Notes: generated by a model not told the origin, from the sequence alone. Shown: positions 20,019 through 30,079, counted from the first letter of the stretch. The stretch: 64,000 bases of DNA from Acidobacteriota bacterium (GCA_965217775.1 CBDCJH010000002.1:3040001-3104000); one strand, 5' to 3'. Made by a program: numbers and translations.

Positions 20019-21983
20019 ATGGCGTCCGAATTCACACTTCAGGAGGTCTTCTCCCCGGGAGGGCTGCTGGCCGGAGAACTCCCGGGTTACGAGTACCGGC
20101 CTTCGCAACTGAAACTGTCCCTATCGGTTCTGGAAGCGATTCGGCAGGGCCATCACCTCTGTGCCGAAGCCGGCACCGGAACCGGCAAGACCCTGGCCTA
20201 TCTGGTTCCGGCCATCGCCAGCCGCCGCAAGACCATCATCTCCACGGCAACACGCAATCTTCAAGAACAGCTCTACCTGAAGGACGTCCCTTTCATACGC
20301 CGGCACCTGTTCCCCGACATGAAGGTGACCTACATGAAGGGGCGCCAGAACTATCTCTGTCTCCGCAAGCTGGAAGGGCAGACCCGATCGCTCTCCCTGT
20401 CCCAAGAGTGGCTCCAGTCTCGGCAGGCCCTGTCGGAGTGGGCTCTCGAGACCGAGACCGGCGACCGTTCCGAGTTGGAATGGATGTCCGATTCGGATCC
20501 CCTCTGGCGGGAATTGGATGCCCGGAGCGAGAGCTGCACCGGTCAGAAATGCCCCCACTTCGATCGCTGCTTCATCACGCGCATGCGCCAAAGGGCTCTG
20601 GAATCAGACGTCATCATCGTCAACCACGCCCTCTTCTTCGCGCATCTGGCCCTGGAAGTCGATGAACTGGGGAGCATTCTGCCCGACTTCTCCACGCTGA
20701 TCCTGGATGAAGCTCACGCCGTCGAGGAGATCGCCTGCACCCACCTGGGGAAACGAATCAGCAGCTATCAGATCGAGGAACTGGCTCGGGATCTGACCGC
20801 ATCCTACCCCGACACCGATTCGATGCGGGCCGTCCGCGACCTGGAGTCCCGTGCCGGGATCTTGTTCTCCGCCCTGCCGGCCGCCGAAGGAACGTGGGCT
20901 CTCGACTCGGCGAGACGAGCCGACGGCACGCCGGCCGACTTGCGGGTTCCCGCCCTCGGCGCCTACCGCCAGTTGGCACGGATCTTGTCGAACCTGCACG
21001 ACGAGTTGAGCCTGCGGGATCCGTCCCACCAGGAACGGGACATGCTGCTGCGCCGGGTGGAATCGCTGGCCCTTCACCTGGAGCGATTCTTCGACCTGGA
21101 AGATCGGGAGAGTGTCCACTGGATGCGGCGCCGGGGCCGCGGCACGTTCCTCAATCTGACTCCGATCGAGGTGGCCTCAACCTTGGAACAGAGGCTCTTT
21201 TCCCAGATCCCGTCCGCCATATTGGTCTCCGCAACTCTCACCACGAACGGAGACTTCTCCTACGTCCGGAACCGCCTGGGCCTCGGCGAGGCTCGCCAAT
21301 TGCTCGCCGCCGGTGAGTTCGACTACTCGAAACAGTCGCTCCTCTACATTCCCAAGCGCTTCCCGGAACCGGGTTCACCCGGATACCTGATCCAACTGGT
21401 CCGGCAACTGGAGGAGATCCTCGAGCTGACCCAGGGACACGCATTTCTGCTCTTCACCAGCTATCTGCAGCTCAACCGGGTCTACGACCTGCTGCTTGAA
21501 CGCCTGCCGTATCCCCTGCTCCGCCAAGGCGACCGTCCCAGGTCGCAGTTGCTCCACGAGTTCCGGCAGACGCCCCACGCGGTGCTCTGCGCCACCTCCA
21601 GCTTCTGGCAGGGAGTGGACGTGCCGGGAGACGCCCTCAGGGCGGTCCTGATCGACAAACTGCCCTTCCAGGTCCCCACCGAACCGGTGGTGGCCGCCCG
21701 GCTCAAGAGGCTGGAGGAACAGGGGGAAAACTCGTTTCTCCGCTACTCGGTACCGACGGCCATCATCGCCCTGCGGCAGGGGTTGGGACGTCTGATTCGG
21801 TCCCGAGAGGACCGCGGAATTCTAGCGGTTTTCGACAGCCGCCTGCGCACGCGCCGCTATGGATATCTGTTTACCCGAAGCTTGCCAAGCTTTCCCGTCG
21901 TCGATAATATTGAAGCCATCAGAACCTCGGCCAATGAGTGGTGGTCCCGGGGCCGGGATCGATCCGATCCGGCGGCGGAATAG
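20019..21983 (+). CDS. DinG/YoaA-family ATP-dependent DNA helicase with Fe-S cysteines
   Basis: EAGTGTGKT, KGRQNYLC, CTGQKC...C, DEAH, SAT, FWQGVD, QGLGRLIR. Confidence 0.93.
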   Translation: MASEFTLQEVFSPGGLLAGELPGYEYRPSQLKLSLSVLEAIRQGHHLCAEAGTGTGKTLAYLVPAIASRRKTIISTATRNLQEQLYLKDVPFIRRHLFPDMKVTYMKGRQNYLCLRKLEGQTRSLSLSQEWLQSRQALSEWALETETGDRSELEWMSDSDPLWRELDARSESCTGQKCPHFDRCFITRMRQRALESDVIIVNHALFFAHLALEVDELGSILPDFSTLILDEAHAVEEIACTHLGKRISSYQIEELARDLTASYPDTDSMRAVRDLESRAGILFSALPAAEGTWALDSARRADGTPADLRVPALGAYRQLARILSNLHDELSLRDPSHQERDMLLRRVESLALHLERFFDLEDRESVHWMRRRGRGTFLNLTPIEVASTLEQRLFSQIPSAILVSATLTTNGDFSYVRNRLGLGEARQLLAAGEFDYSKQSLLYIPKRFPEPGSPGYLIQLVRQLEEILELTQGHAFLLFTSYLQLNRVYDLLLERLPYPLLRQGDRPRSQLLHEFRQTPHAVLCATSSFWQGVDVPGDALRAVLIDKLPFQVPTEPVVAARLKRLEEQGENSFLRYSVPTAIIALRQGLGRLIRSREDRGILAVFDSRLRTRRYGYLFTRSLPSFPVVDNIEAIRTSANEWWSRGRDRSDPAAE

Positions 21984-22006
21984 CCATTAATGAGAAAGGC
22001 GGACTC

Positions 22007-23029
22007 ATGAAATACTCCACGATCTCCATCGCCGTCGTGATGCTCCTTTTGGCTGCACCGAGCCTGGAAGCTCAGGTGGGGCAATTGGAGGGGACGGTCA
22101 AGGACGCGGCCGGCAAACCCATCGAGGGAGCCGAGGTCTCGATTCGAAGCGAGAACACCAGCCGGAAATACAACCTCAAGACCAACAAGAAGGGCAAGTA
22201 CTACCACGGCGCGGTGAGTCTCCAGGCCACCTACACGGTGGTGGCTCGCAAGCCGGGTTACCGCACCGAGTACGAGTCCGGCGTTCGCGCCAGTTTCGGC
22301 GTCGATGACGGCGGCTTCGACCCCAGGGGCGGCGGCAAGCGGGGCACCGTCGACTTCACCCTCAAGGAGGGCAGGTCGGGCAAGCTGGCCTTCGAGATGA
22401 GCAAGGAAGAACGCGCACAGTTCATGAAGCAGCAGACCGTGGTCAAGGAAGTCCGGGCCGCCTACAACCGGGGAATCATGGCCTTCAATCTGGGACAGTT
22501 CGAGGAATCTGTGGTGGCCTTCCGGGAATGCGTCGCCAAGGATCCCAAACGGCCGGCCATCTGGGCCAATCTAGGCAACGCCTACCTGAAATTGAACAAA
22601 CACAACGACGCCATTGGAGCCTACGACAAGGCCATCGAGTTGGCTCCCAGCAACGCCAACTTCTACCAGAACCTGGGAAACATCTACGCCAACATGGGGA
22701 ATTCGGCCAAAGCCGAGGAATTCTTCAAGAAATCGGCCGAACTCAACGCTGCCGTCGATCCGGCCGCCGCCGCCATCAACTACTACAATATGGGCGTCAC
22801 CTTCATCAACAAGGGACAGAACAGAGAGGCGGCGGAGGCCCTGCAAAATGCGGTCGCATCCGACCCCGCGCACGCCGAAGCCCATTACCAGCTAGGTATC
22901 GTACTGCTGGGCATGAACAAGCTGGACGGGGCCATCATGCATCTGGCCGAATACGCTAAGCTCAACCCCAACGGCGAAAACGCTCCGGTGGCCCGAGATC
23001 TGGTCAAGCAGTTGAAGGGCGGTCAATAA
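22007..23029 (+). CDS. Exported protein: carboxypeptidase-regulatory-like domain plus TPR repeats
   Basis: Start ATG 22007 with signal peptide (LEAQ); GTVKDAAGKPIEGAEV domain; repeated TPR helices (WANLGNAY, YQNLGNIY, YYNMGV, HYQLGIV). Confidence 0.85.
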   Translation: MKYSTISIAVVMLLLAAPSLEAQVGQLEGTVKDAAGKPIEGAEVSIRSENTSRKYNLKTNKKGKYYHGAVSLQATYTVVARKPGYRTEYESGVRASFGVDDGGFDPRGGGKRGTVDFTLKEGRSGKLAFEMSKEERAQFMKQQTVVKEVRAAYNRGIMAFNLGQFEESVVAFRECVAKDPKRPAIWANLGNAYLKLNKHNDAIGAYDKAIELAPSNANFYQNLGNIYANMGNSAKAEEFFKKSAELNAAVDPAAAAINYYNMGVTFINKGQNREAAEALQNAVASDPAHAEAHYQLGIVLLGMNKLDGAIMHLAEYAKLNPNGENAPVARDLVKQLKGGQ

Positions 23030-23212
23030 CAGCCTTCGGGGCCGGTTTTTCCTCCTGATCGGTGGCAGAGAAGGGCGCTGTCCGGTTTGCCCTGAATTGC
23101 GTCTCGCCGATTTCACAAACTTTGCCTGCACCAATTCCTGGCACCGGTTTCGGTGGCACGGAGAAAGCTTTCTTTGGAGAGACGAGACTGGAAATTGCGT
23201 GCGGATCCGGTT

Positions 23213-23920
23213 TCAGCCGGACGCCGGAGCGGAGAAATAACCTTCGGCCCTGCGGCACCCCAGGTTCGCCAGCGTCGAGAGGGCAGCGACCGCCGCCCTT
23301 CGGACTTCATCGGCGCCGGCCTGGGTCATCTTGTACATGGCCTTCAGGACCGTATCCGGAACCTGATGGGCTCGATGCCAATAGGCGACGGACAATTCGG
23401 TGACGGCCTGCGCCTGCCGGTCGGATTGCTCCTGAGCGGCCAAGGTCAACAACTCGCCGACTGCACGTTCACTACCCTGCTGAGCCAGCAGGCCCAACGC
23501 CGACAGCACGTCCACCTTGCGGTTGTGGGCGGACGGCTCACCGAGATACCGCAGGCCATAGACTTGGAGCAGAAGATCGACAGCCTTCTCGTGGCCGATC
23601 TCGCCAAGAGTGAGGATGACGGCGGCTTCCAGAGAGCGGTTCCGGCCTTTGGTGAAGATGTGGGCGTCCTGCAATACGGCAAACAATGGGTTGATCGCCG
23701 CGGGATCGCCCAATGCGCCCAACGCCAACGCCGCAAACTCCTTGTCGCCTGGGGTGGCGGAGCCCAGCAGTTCCAACAACGGGTCCAGGAAACGCTTGCA
23801 ACGGGTCACACTCACGTGAGGAAGGATCTTGTACCGCTCGGCTTCGTTGCCGGACTTCAGGATCTCGATACAAGTCGCAACGAGTTGATCGCGATCGCCG
23901 ATATCCTGGCCCCGATACAT
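23213..23920 (-). CDS. HEAT/PBS-lyase-like repeat protein
   Basis: Repeated AALALGALGDPAAINPL, VILTLGEIGHEKAVDLL, VRRAAVAAL helices. Confidence 0.75.
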   Translation of the reverse strand: MYRGQDIGDRDQLVATCIEILKSGNEAERYKILPHVSVTRCKRFLDPLLELLGSATPGDKEFAALALGALGDPAAINPLFAVLQDAHIFTKGRNRSLEAAVILTLGEIGHEKAVDLLLQVYGLRYLGEPSAHNRKVDVLSALGLLAQQGSERAVGELLTLAAQEQSDRQAQAVTELSVAYWHRAHQVPDTVLKAMYKMTQAGADEVRRAAVAALSTLANLGCRRAEGYFSAPASG

Positions 23921-24020
23921 GGTTTAACGGTCCTTGGAGGGTAAGTGCGCCTCGCAAACTCATCGAATCCGCCGAACTTCAACGGCCCACCGAGGAAACT
24001 ATGATAACATACGCGGCCCG

Positions 24021-24611
24021 ATGCAGAACAAACCGCGGGTGGCGGCCGCGACCGGCGTCGTCATAGGGTTCATCCTCGGTTTCTTCGCCGCTCGAATTCA
24101 GCAAGAGGCCACCGTTCCCGAGCCGGCGCCCCAAGCACAGGAAAACTCCTCCGCCCTGCCCACCGATCATCCCCCGCCGGAAGTGCTGGAGCAGTTGGCC
24201 AGGCTCCAGGAGCGCGCCAGGGACCATCCCGAAGACAAGGAAGTGCGAATCCTCCTGGGCAATTCGTTCTACGACATGAAGCGCTTCGACGCGGCCGCTT
24301 CCTGGTATACGGAGGCCCTGGAATTGGATCCCGGCAACGTGAGCGTCCGCACCGACCTGGGAACGGCCCAGCTCTACCAGGGTCAGGTGGAGTCGGCCAT
24401 CGAGTCCTATCGGATGTCCCTTTCCCTGGACCCGAATCACCCCCAGACCCTGCAGAATCTGGGCATCGCCCACTTCGCTACCGGCGAATTCGAAGCGGCG
24501 ATCCGGATCTGGCAGAGGCTCTTGGCGGCGCACCCGGAGTATCCTGGCAAAGAGCAGATCGAGAAACATATCAACAACGCTCGCGAACACCTGGATCAAG
24601 AGCAGTCCTGA
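24021..24611 (+). CDS. Membrane-anchored TPR protein
   Basis: Start ATG 24021; N-terminal TM helix, LPTDHPP linker, TPRs (LLGNSFYD, TDLGTAQ, QNLGIAH). Confidence 0.8.
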   Translation: MQNKPRVAAATGVVIGFILGFFAARIQQEATVPEPAPQAQENSSALPTDHPPPEVLEQLARLQERARDHPEDKEVRILLGNSFYDMKRFDAAASWYTEALELDPGNVSVRTDLGTAQLYQGQVESAIESYRMSLSLDPNHPQTLQNLGIAHFATGEFEAAIRIWQRLLAAHPEYPGKEQIEKHINNAREHLDQEQS

Positions 24612-24620
24612 GGATGGACA

Positions 24621-24896
24621 GTGTTGCTCCGGTTTCTGTTCTTTTTGCTTCTCCTCCTGGTCGTTCGGGCAATCGTCGCACGTATTTTCGGAAACAGGCG
24701 GAAGGCCTCCGGCAACCAGCCCCGGGGTCGTTGGAACAGAGCCCGCGCCACGGTCCGCGGGCGGATGGTGAAAGATCCCCAATGCGGAATCTACGTCGCC
24801 ACCGACTTGGCGGTCCGGACACGCACCAAGGACACGAACCTCTACTTCTGCTCCGAGGAGTGCCGGGACAAGTTCCTTCGGCGCCGCCGGGACTGA
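24621..24896 (+). CDS. Small membrane-anchored YHS/TRASH-domain protein
   Basis: Hydrophobic N-terminus, then KDPQCGIYV...YFCSEECRDKF. Confidence 0.8.
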   Translation: MLLRFLFFLLLLLVVRAIVARIFGNRRKASGNQPRGRWNRARATVRGRMVKDPQCGIYVATDLAVRTRTKDTNLYFCSEECRDKFLRRRRD

Positions 24897-24918
24897 GCGA
24901 TCCAAACGAATCCAACCG

Positions 24919-25791
24919 TTGGGGAGAACGACGGCGTTGAAAGTTGGGGTCGTTTCCAAACCACACCGCACCGAGTTCGCCCGGAGCCTCGAGGAGATCC
25001 TGCAATGGCTGCAACAGAGAGGTTGCGAGACGCTGGTGGAGGAGAGCGTCCTGGAGAACTTCGGACTCTCAGGTTACCGGGGAGTGACCCGGGAGCAGAT
25101 GCCTTCCCAGGTCGACGCCATCATCGTCTTCGGAGGCGACGGCACCATCCTCTCGGTGGCCCGGGCGATCGGTGACAACGACGCACCCATCCTGGCAGTG
25201 AATCTGGGTTCTCTGGGATTCCTCACCGAGGTCACTCTGGACGAGCTGTATGAAGCCCTGGACCGGCTGCTGAAGGGCGAGCATCGGATCGACGAGAGAC
25301 GGCTCCTCGACGCCACCGTCAAGCGGAACGACGGGTCCAGCAGCAGCTTTCACGCCCTGAACGACGTGGTCATCACCAAGGGCGCCCTGGCCCGGATCAT
25401 CCAGTTGGATGCCTACATCGATGAGGATTTCATGGCCACCTTCCTGGCCGACGGGCTCATCATCGCCACTCCGACCGGCTCCACCGCCTATTCTCTCTCC
25501 GCCGGAGGCCCCATCGTGCTGCCCTCCCTGGCCTGCACCGTGGTGACTCCCATCTGCCCCCACACCCTGACCAACCGCCCTCTGGTCTTTCCTCCGGAAA
25601 GCGAGATCCGGATCACTCTGACTTCGGGCGAAGACGTCATGTTGACCGTCGATGGCCAGCAGGGCGTGGAGCTCGCGGAAGAGGACGAGATCGTCTGCAC
25701 CAGCTCCCGCCGGCGAATCGAACTGATCAAGCCCCACAACAAGAGCTTTTTCGATGTCTTGAGAGAGAAGCTCAAATGGGCGCAGAGGTAG
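24919..25791 (+). CDS. nadK: NAD(+) kinase
   Basis: GGDGT, NLGSLGFL, ALND, DGLIIATPTGSTAYSLSAGGP. Confidence 0.96.
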   Translation: MGRTTALKVGVVSKPHRTEFARSLEEILQWLQQRGCETLVEESVLENFGLSGYRGVTREQMPSQVDAIIVFGGDGTILSVARAIGDNDAPILAVNLGSLGFLTEVTLDELYEALDRLLKGEHRIDERRLLDATVKRNDGSSSSFHALNDVVITKGALARIIQLDAYIDEDFMATFLADGLIIATPTGSTAYSLSAGGPIVLPSLACTVVTPICPHTLTNRPLVFPPESEIRITLTSGEDVMLTVDGQQGVELAEEDEIVCTSSRRRIELIKPHNKSFFDVLREKLKWAQR

Positions 25792-25797
25792 GAACTC

Positions 25798-26133
25798 ATG
25801 TCTGATCCGTCCCGGCTGGAAAGGCTGCGGCAGTTGGTGGCCAAGGGCTCCGGCGATCCCTTTCCCCTCTACGGCCTGGCCATGGAGTACAAGCGCCTGG
25901 GCCGAATTGAGGAAGCCATCCAGGCCTTCGGCCGCTTGGTGGACCTCCACCCGCAGTACGTCCCTGCCTACTATCAGTTCGGAGCGGCTCTGGTCCTGTC
26001 GGGAGGAATCGGACAGGCTCGGGAGACCCTCGCTCGCGGCATCCGGATCGCCGAATCGCAGGGGAACCAGCATGCGCGGGAAGAGCTGGTCCGGGCACTG
26101 GAGGAACTGGAGAACGAGGAAATCGGACCATGA
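25798..26133 (+). CDS. Small TPR protein
   Basis: DPFPLYGLAMEY, YVPAYYQFG, HAREEL pattern of a short TPR family. Confidence 0.75.
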   Translation: MSDPSRLERLRQLVAKGSGDPFPLYGLAMEYKRLGRIEEAIQAFGRLVDLHPQYVPAYYQFGAALVLSGGIGQARETLARGIRIAESQGNQHAREELVRALEELENEEIGP

Positions 26134-26924
26134 ATGCTTCGACCGTGACTTTGGAGGGACGGGTTGCGCTGGTGACGGGAGCGGGTCACGGCATCGGCCG
26201 TGAGGTGGCGTTCACGCTGGCTTCGGCCGGCGCCGCCGTCTGCTGCGTGGACCTGGACCGGGACGCGGTAGAAACCGTAGCGGCTTCCATCCGTAAGCAG
26301 GGAGGGAGTGCGCTCGCGTTGATCGCGGACGTGGCCGCGGAAGACGACGTGGACCGGGTCCACGAAGACTGCACAAGAGCTCTGGGGACGGTTCAGATTC
26401 TGGTCAACAACGCCGGGGTGCAATACCTCAGTCCGGTGGAGGAGTTCCCGATCCCGGAGTGGGACCGGTTGAACGGCATCCTGCTGCGGGGACCCTTTCT
26501 GTACATCCGGCGCTTCGTACCCGGGATGGCGGCCCAGGGGTGGGGACGGATCATCAACCTGACCTCCATTCACGCCGTGGTGGCCTCCCCCTTCAAAACG
26601 GCCTACGTGAGCGCCAAGCACGGCCTGCTGGGACTCACCCGGACCGTGGCCCTGGAAGTGGCCACCCGGGGCATCACGGTCAACGCCGTCTCACCCGGTT
26701 ATACGCGGACTCGCCTGGTGGACGACCAGATCGACAAGCAGGCCGAGCTTCACGGACTCTCACGAGAGCAGGTTCTGGAGAAGGTCATGCTCGGGGCCGT
26801 CCCGCAGAAGGAGATGGTGGAACCCGAGGAACTCGCCCAGGCCATTCTCTTTCTCTGCTCCGAATCGGCTCGGCACATCACCGGGAACAACCTGATGGTG
26901 GACGGCGGCTGGACCGCGGCCTGA
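26130..26924 (+). CDS. 3-hydroxybutyrate dehydrogenase-like SDR
   Basis: TGAGHGIG, NNAGVQ, ASPFKTAYVSAKHG, PGYTRTRLVDDQI. Confidence 0.85.
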   Translation: MNASTVTLEGRVALVTGAGHGIGREVAFTLASAGAAVCCVDLDRDAVETVAASIRKQGGSALALIADVAAEDDVDRVHEDCTRALGTVQILVNNAGVQYLSPVEEFPIPEWDRLNGILLRGPFLYIRRFVPGMAAQGWGRIINLTSIHAVVASPFKTAYVSAKHGLLGLTRTVALEVATRGITVNAVSPGYTRTRLVDDQIDKQAELHGLSREQVLEKVMLGAVPQKEMVEPEELAQAILFLCSESARHITGNNLMVDGGWTAA

Positions 26925-26941
26925 AGGAAGACGGCACCTAA

Positions 26942-27099
26942 CAGTCCGTGGTGAAAGTCCCGCGAGCACCGAGACCGTTCCTGCGCCCGCCGGACAAGGC
27001 GCGATTCGGGTGCATACCGGGAGTATGTGAGCCGATCGCAACGCCGTCCGCCGGGATGCAGGGACGGTCGAATGCCGTGATGACTTTTGCCACGGGCTG
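26942..27099 (+). mobile_element. 158-bp MITE, copy 1
   Basis: Imperfect 18-bp TIRs (CAGTCCGTGGTGAAAGTC / GACTTTTGCCACGGGCTG); CTAA direct repeats at 26938-26941 and 27100-27103; near-identical inverted copy at 34595-34752. Confidence 0.9.
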
Positions 27100-27132
27100 C
27101 TAATACTTGAGTCCCTGACGAGTACCGCCCGA

Positions 27133-28182
27133 TTACTCACCCAGATACCGGTCCCAGGTTTCCATGCGCGGCTCGGGCGGCAGTGAGACCGAGCGGCCCG
27201 TCTTCAACGAAAGGGCAACGGCTTCCAGGAACTGCATGTAGAGCAATCCTTCCTGAAAGGACGGCTCCACCGGAGTCCCTTTCAGGATGGCGCGAATGAA
27301 TTGGGAGTCGGTGTCCTGCACCCGTTGCTCCGCACTGGGGATGGGAACCGGCGTAAATTCCGCGTCGGATCCCGTGAGCCCCTGAATCTGCTCGGCAAAA
27401 AGACGGTAGATGAGGGCTCCCCGGTCACCGTAGATCTCAATCCGGCTTCCGGGAGATCCGGCAGCCCAGTTGGAGAAGTGGTAACTGGCGGTGGCGCCGC
27501 ATTCCAACTGGGCCGCCACCGCCACCGAGTCGGGAACACCCATGCGCGCGGCGCCGCCATACCGGTGAGACCGGGCCAGTGCCGCCACCCGGACCGTGGG
27601 CCCCAACCATCGATTGGCCACCTCGTTCCACATTCCCAGGGTCATGGTGTTGATTCCCGAGACCTGCGGGTCCCAACGGTAACTCCGGTAACTCTGCGGA
27701 TCGGTGTCCACGCTCATTCCCGTGATCCGGACCTCGCGAATCTGCCCCACGAAACCCTCTTCGTGCAGCAGCCGGATCATGACCCGGTCGCCCTTGAGAC
27801 CGGGCAAAGGCGGATACAGGGCCGTCACCAGCCGGGACGCCTGGGCCGCCGCTGCCATTTTCCGGGCCTCATCCAGGTTCCGGGCCATTCGAGCCTGGCA
27901 GAGGACATGTTTCCCCGCCTCCAGGGCTTCGGCCGTCGCCGGGAGGTGAAGGACCGGAGGCGTCGCTATGACGACCGCGTCCACTTCGGACGAATGGATC
28001 ACGTCCTGCCACCGGGCTACGGTCGCGCGGACTCCGAAACGGCCGGCCACATCCCGGGCCTTGGCCCGGCTGCGGGACCAGATCAGGTTCAGGTCCGCCT
28101 CCGGGATCTTCTGAAGAGCGGGAAGGTGGCGATTCACCGCGACCCAGCCAGCCCCGATCAACCCTACTCTCACTCTTTGCAT
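27133..28182 (-). CDS. Gfo/Idh/MocA-family oxidoreductase
   Basis: Start ATG 28182; VGLIGAGW, VDAVVIATPP, GKHVLCQARMA. Confidence 0.88.
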   Translation of the reverse strand: MQRVRVGLIGAGWVAVNRHLPALQKIPEADLNLIWSRSRAKARDVAGRFGVRATVARWQDVIHSSEVDAVVIATPPVLHLPATAEALEAGKHVLCQARMARNLDEARKMAAAAQASRLVTALYPPLPGLKGDRVMIRLLHEEGFVGQIREVRITGMSVDTDPQSYRSYRWDPQVSGINTMTLGMWNEVANRWLGPTVRVAALARSHRYGGAARMGVPDSVAVAAQLECGATASYHFSNWAAGSPGSRIEIYGDRGALIYRLFAEQIQGLTGSDAEFTPVPIPSAEQRVQDTDSQFIRAILKGTPVEPSFQEGLLYMQFLEAVALSLKTGRSVSLPPEPRMETWDRYLGE

Positions 28183-28210
28183 GGCAAACTCCAAACCCCC
28201 TGGGAGACCC

Positions 28211-28232
28211 CCTCTTCTCTCTTTTCTCTTTC
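28211..28232. repeat. Intergenic heptamer tract
   Basis: CCTCTTC TCTCTTT TCTCTTT. Confidence 0.5.
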
Positions 28233-29231
28233 CTAGAAAGTCGCGATGGGATTCAACGGCGAGCCGGTTCCTCCTGGAACCGGAAGCGGGGCCGCCGTCA
28301 GCAGGAACTCCCAGCGGCCCTGTTTCCGGGCCTCCTGCCCCAGCGCCTCCAGGTCGCAATTGTCGAAGATGGGGACTCCCATGGCCACGAGCAGCAACTG
28401 ATGAACCGGCTGATCGGCGCCCTCGATCCGGGACGGGAGAACGTCCGACGCGGCGTCGCTGCCCACCAGGGCCACGTCCCGCTGCCTCAACCACTTGACG
28501 CAGGAAGCGTGAAGCCCCGCCGAGCTCTTGCCCACGTCCCAAGGCCCCTTCTCGTCGCGCCGAGCCCAGCGGCCGGTCCGGATGAAGACCGCATCGCCAC
28601 TGGCCACTTGAACCCCGGCCTGCTTTTCCCAGGCCTCCAGATCGTCAGGATAGATGGCCGTCTCCGGGTCCAGGTAGGGCACCTTCTTGAGCCTCGGAAT
28701 GTCCATGAGAATTCCACGGGTGAAGATGCCGTTCTTCAATTCCAGGACGGAAAGCTTGTTGGCCCCCGCAGCGGTCACTTCCGTCTCCGGAAAGCCGTTG
28801 TAGAGCTTTCCCCCATGCATCAGGTGACAGAGGGCATCGATGTGGGTGTGTGCATATCCGTGATAGCGGACGGAAAAGACGTCACTGGCGAAGGGAGGCG
28901 TCATCTTCATCTCTTGAGCAAAGGGATAGGGATTGTCGACGGCCTCGGTCATCTCCGCGTTCCGGGCCAGGGACACGGAGACTCCTTCGCGAACCAATTG
29001 GGCCGCTTCCCGCCGTTTGGCGGGTGTGATCAGGTTCACCGCTCCCAGCTCGTCCTCCTCGCCCCACCGGCCCCAGCTCGACAGCTCCGTCATCCAGCTC
29101 TCGATGTCCGCGGCCGTCAGTCGATATCGGTCCGCCGCCGGCTCGCCCTGGCAGGCCAGGTGCACTCCGGCGGCAAGAAGACCAAGGCCCGCCAGAAGGA
29201 CCCCTGAGTTCGCAATCGTCGATCTTCTCAT
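28233..29231 (-). CDS. Cyclase-family (kynurenine formamidase-like) metal hydrolase, probable lipoprotein
   Basis: WGRWGEEDELGAVN, HTHIDALCH, FIRTG, GSPLNPIA; signal peptide ending VHLAC. Confidence 0.85.
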   Translation of the reverse strand: MRRSTIANSGVLLAGLGLLAAGVHLACQGEPAADRYRLTAADIESWMTELSSWGRWGEEDELGAVNLITPAKRREAAQLVREGVSVSLARNAEMTEAVDNPYPFAQEMKMTPPFASDVFSVRYHGYAHTHIDALCHLMHGGKLYNGFPETEVTAAGANKLSVLELKNGIFTRGILMDIPRLKKVPYLDPETAIYPDDLEAWEKQAGVQVASGDAVFIRTGRWARRDEKGPWDVGKSSAGLHASCVKWLRQRDVALVGSDAASDVLPSRIEGADQPVHQLLLVAMGVPIFDNCDLEALGQEARKQGRWEFLLTAAPLPVPGGTGSPLNPIATF

Positions 29232-30079
29232 TCCACTCCTCCTTCAGACCGCGTGTCCCTGAAACGCCCGCCGAGTGATTCCAGATAGGCCCGGCTCCGG
29301 TCGAGGTTACCCCAGATCCGATCGTCCGAACGGATCTCGAACAGGGCGGGCCCATTGTATCCATGCCGTTCCAGACCGGCGATCTGGGCTTCCCAGCCGA
29401 TCTCTCCGTCCTCGATCCAGGTCTGGAGCTTCCCGGCCCGGAACTGTTTCAAGTGGACCATCGACAGGTTGGAGGCATCCAGGTTCCGGACCACTTGACA
29501 CGGATCGGGCCGGTCGGGAGCGAACAACAGATTGACCGGATCGTAACAGAGGCGGAGATGGTCCGAACGGCTTCCCAGCAGGCGGCGGGCCTCGCCCAGC
29601 ACGCGGGTGAAGCTGGTCCAAGGTTGAATGGAATGCTCCAGAGAGAGCCAACCCCCGGCGTCCGCCAGCGGTTCGGCGAGCCGCGCCACCTGATGGGCGA
29701 TCTGCGGTTCCCTTCCTTGGAGCATTTCGCCGGTCGTCGCCAAATCGACCAGCCGCAGATGGGGATGAAAGCGGCCCGAAAGCGCCCGTGCGGAGTCCAC
29801 TCCGGTTTGGAACAGCGGGTCCTCGACAACTCCGCCGGGACCCAGGAACGGAAACGCGAGAGCCAGATCGAACCGGATCTCCGGGAAGCGGTCCGCCAAG
29901 CGTCCGAGGGCCGACACCCTGGGAACAAACCCTTCCCGCTCCTCGAACGAGCCCAGGCAAGTCTGCCTCAATTCTACGGTGCGGTAACCTCGGTCCACCG
30001 CTTGGCTCAGCAGGTCCTCCAGCGCAGTTCCCTGCCCCAACTGCCACTGCCAGCAATTGCTCACGATGCCGGGAATCAT
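29228..30079 (-). CDS. Sugar-phosphate isomerase/epimerase (xylose isomerase-like TIM barrel)
   Basis: VELR, SLEH, LCYDPVN, MVHLK, GYNGPALFE metal-ligand pattern; start 30079 or 30106. Confidence 0.75.
   Translation of the reverse strand: MIPGIVSNCWQWQLGQGTALEDLLSQAVDRGYRTVELRQTCLGSFEEREGFVPRVSALGRLADRFPEIRFDLALAFPFLGPGGVVEDPLFQTGVDSARALSGRFHPHLRLVDLATTGEMLQGREPQIAHQVARLAEPLADAGGWLSLEHSIQPWTSFTRVLGEARRLLGSRSDHLRLCYDPVNLLFAPDRPDPCQVVRNLDASNLSMVHLKQFRAGKLQTWIEDGEIGWEAQIAGLERHGYNGPALFEIRSDDRIWGNLDRSRAYLESLGGRFRDTRSEGGVE

Noticed and set aside
23028-23052. Possible rho-independent terminator after the TPR gene
   Set aside because: The stem before the T-run is short and imperfect; not enough support
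23135-23172. TGGCAC-containing sigma54-like motifs
   Set aside because: They lie between convergent gene ends and lack the TTGC -12 element
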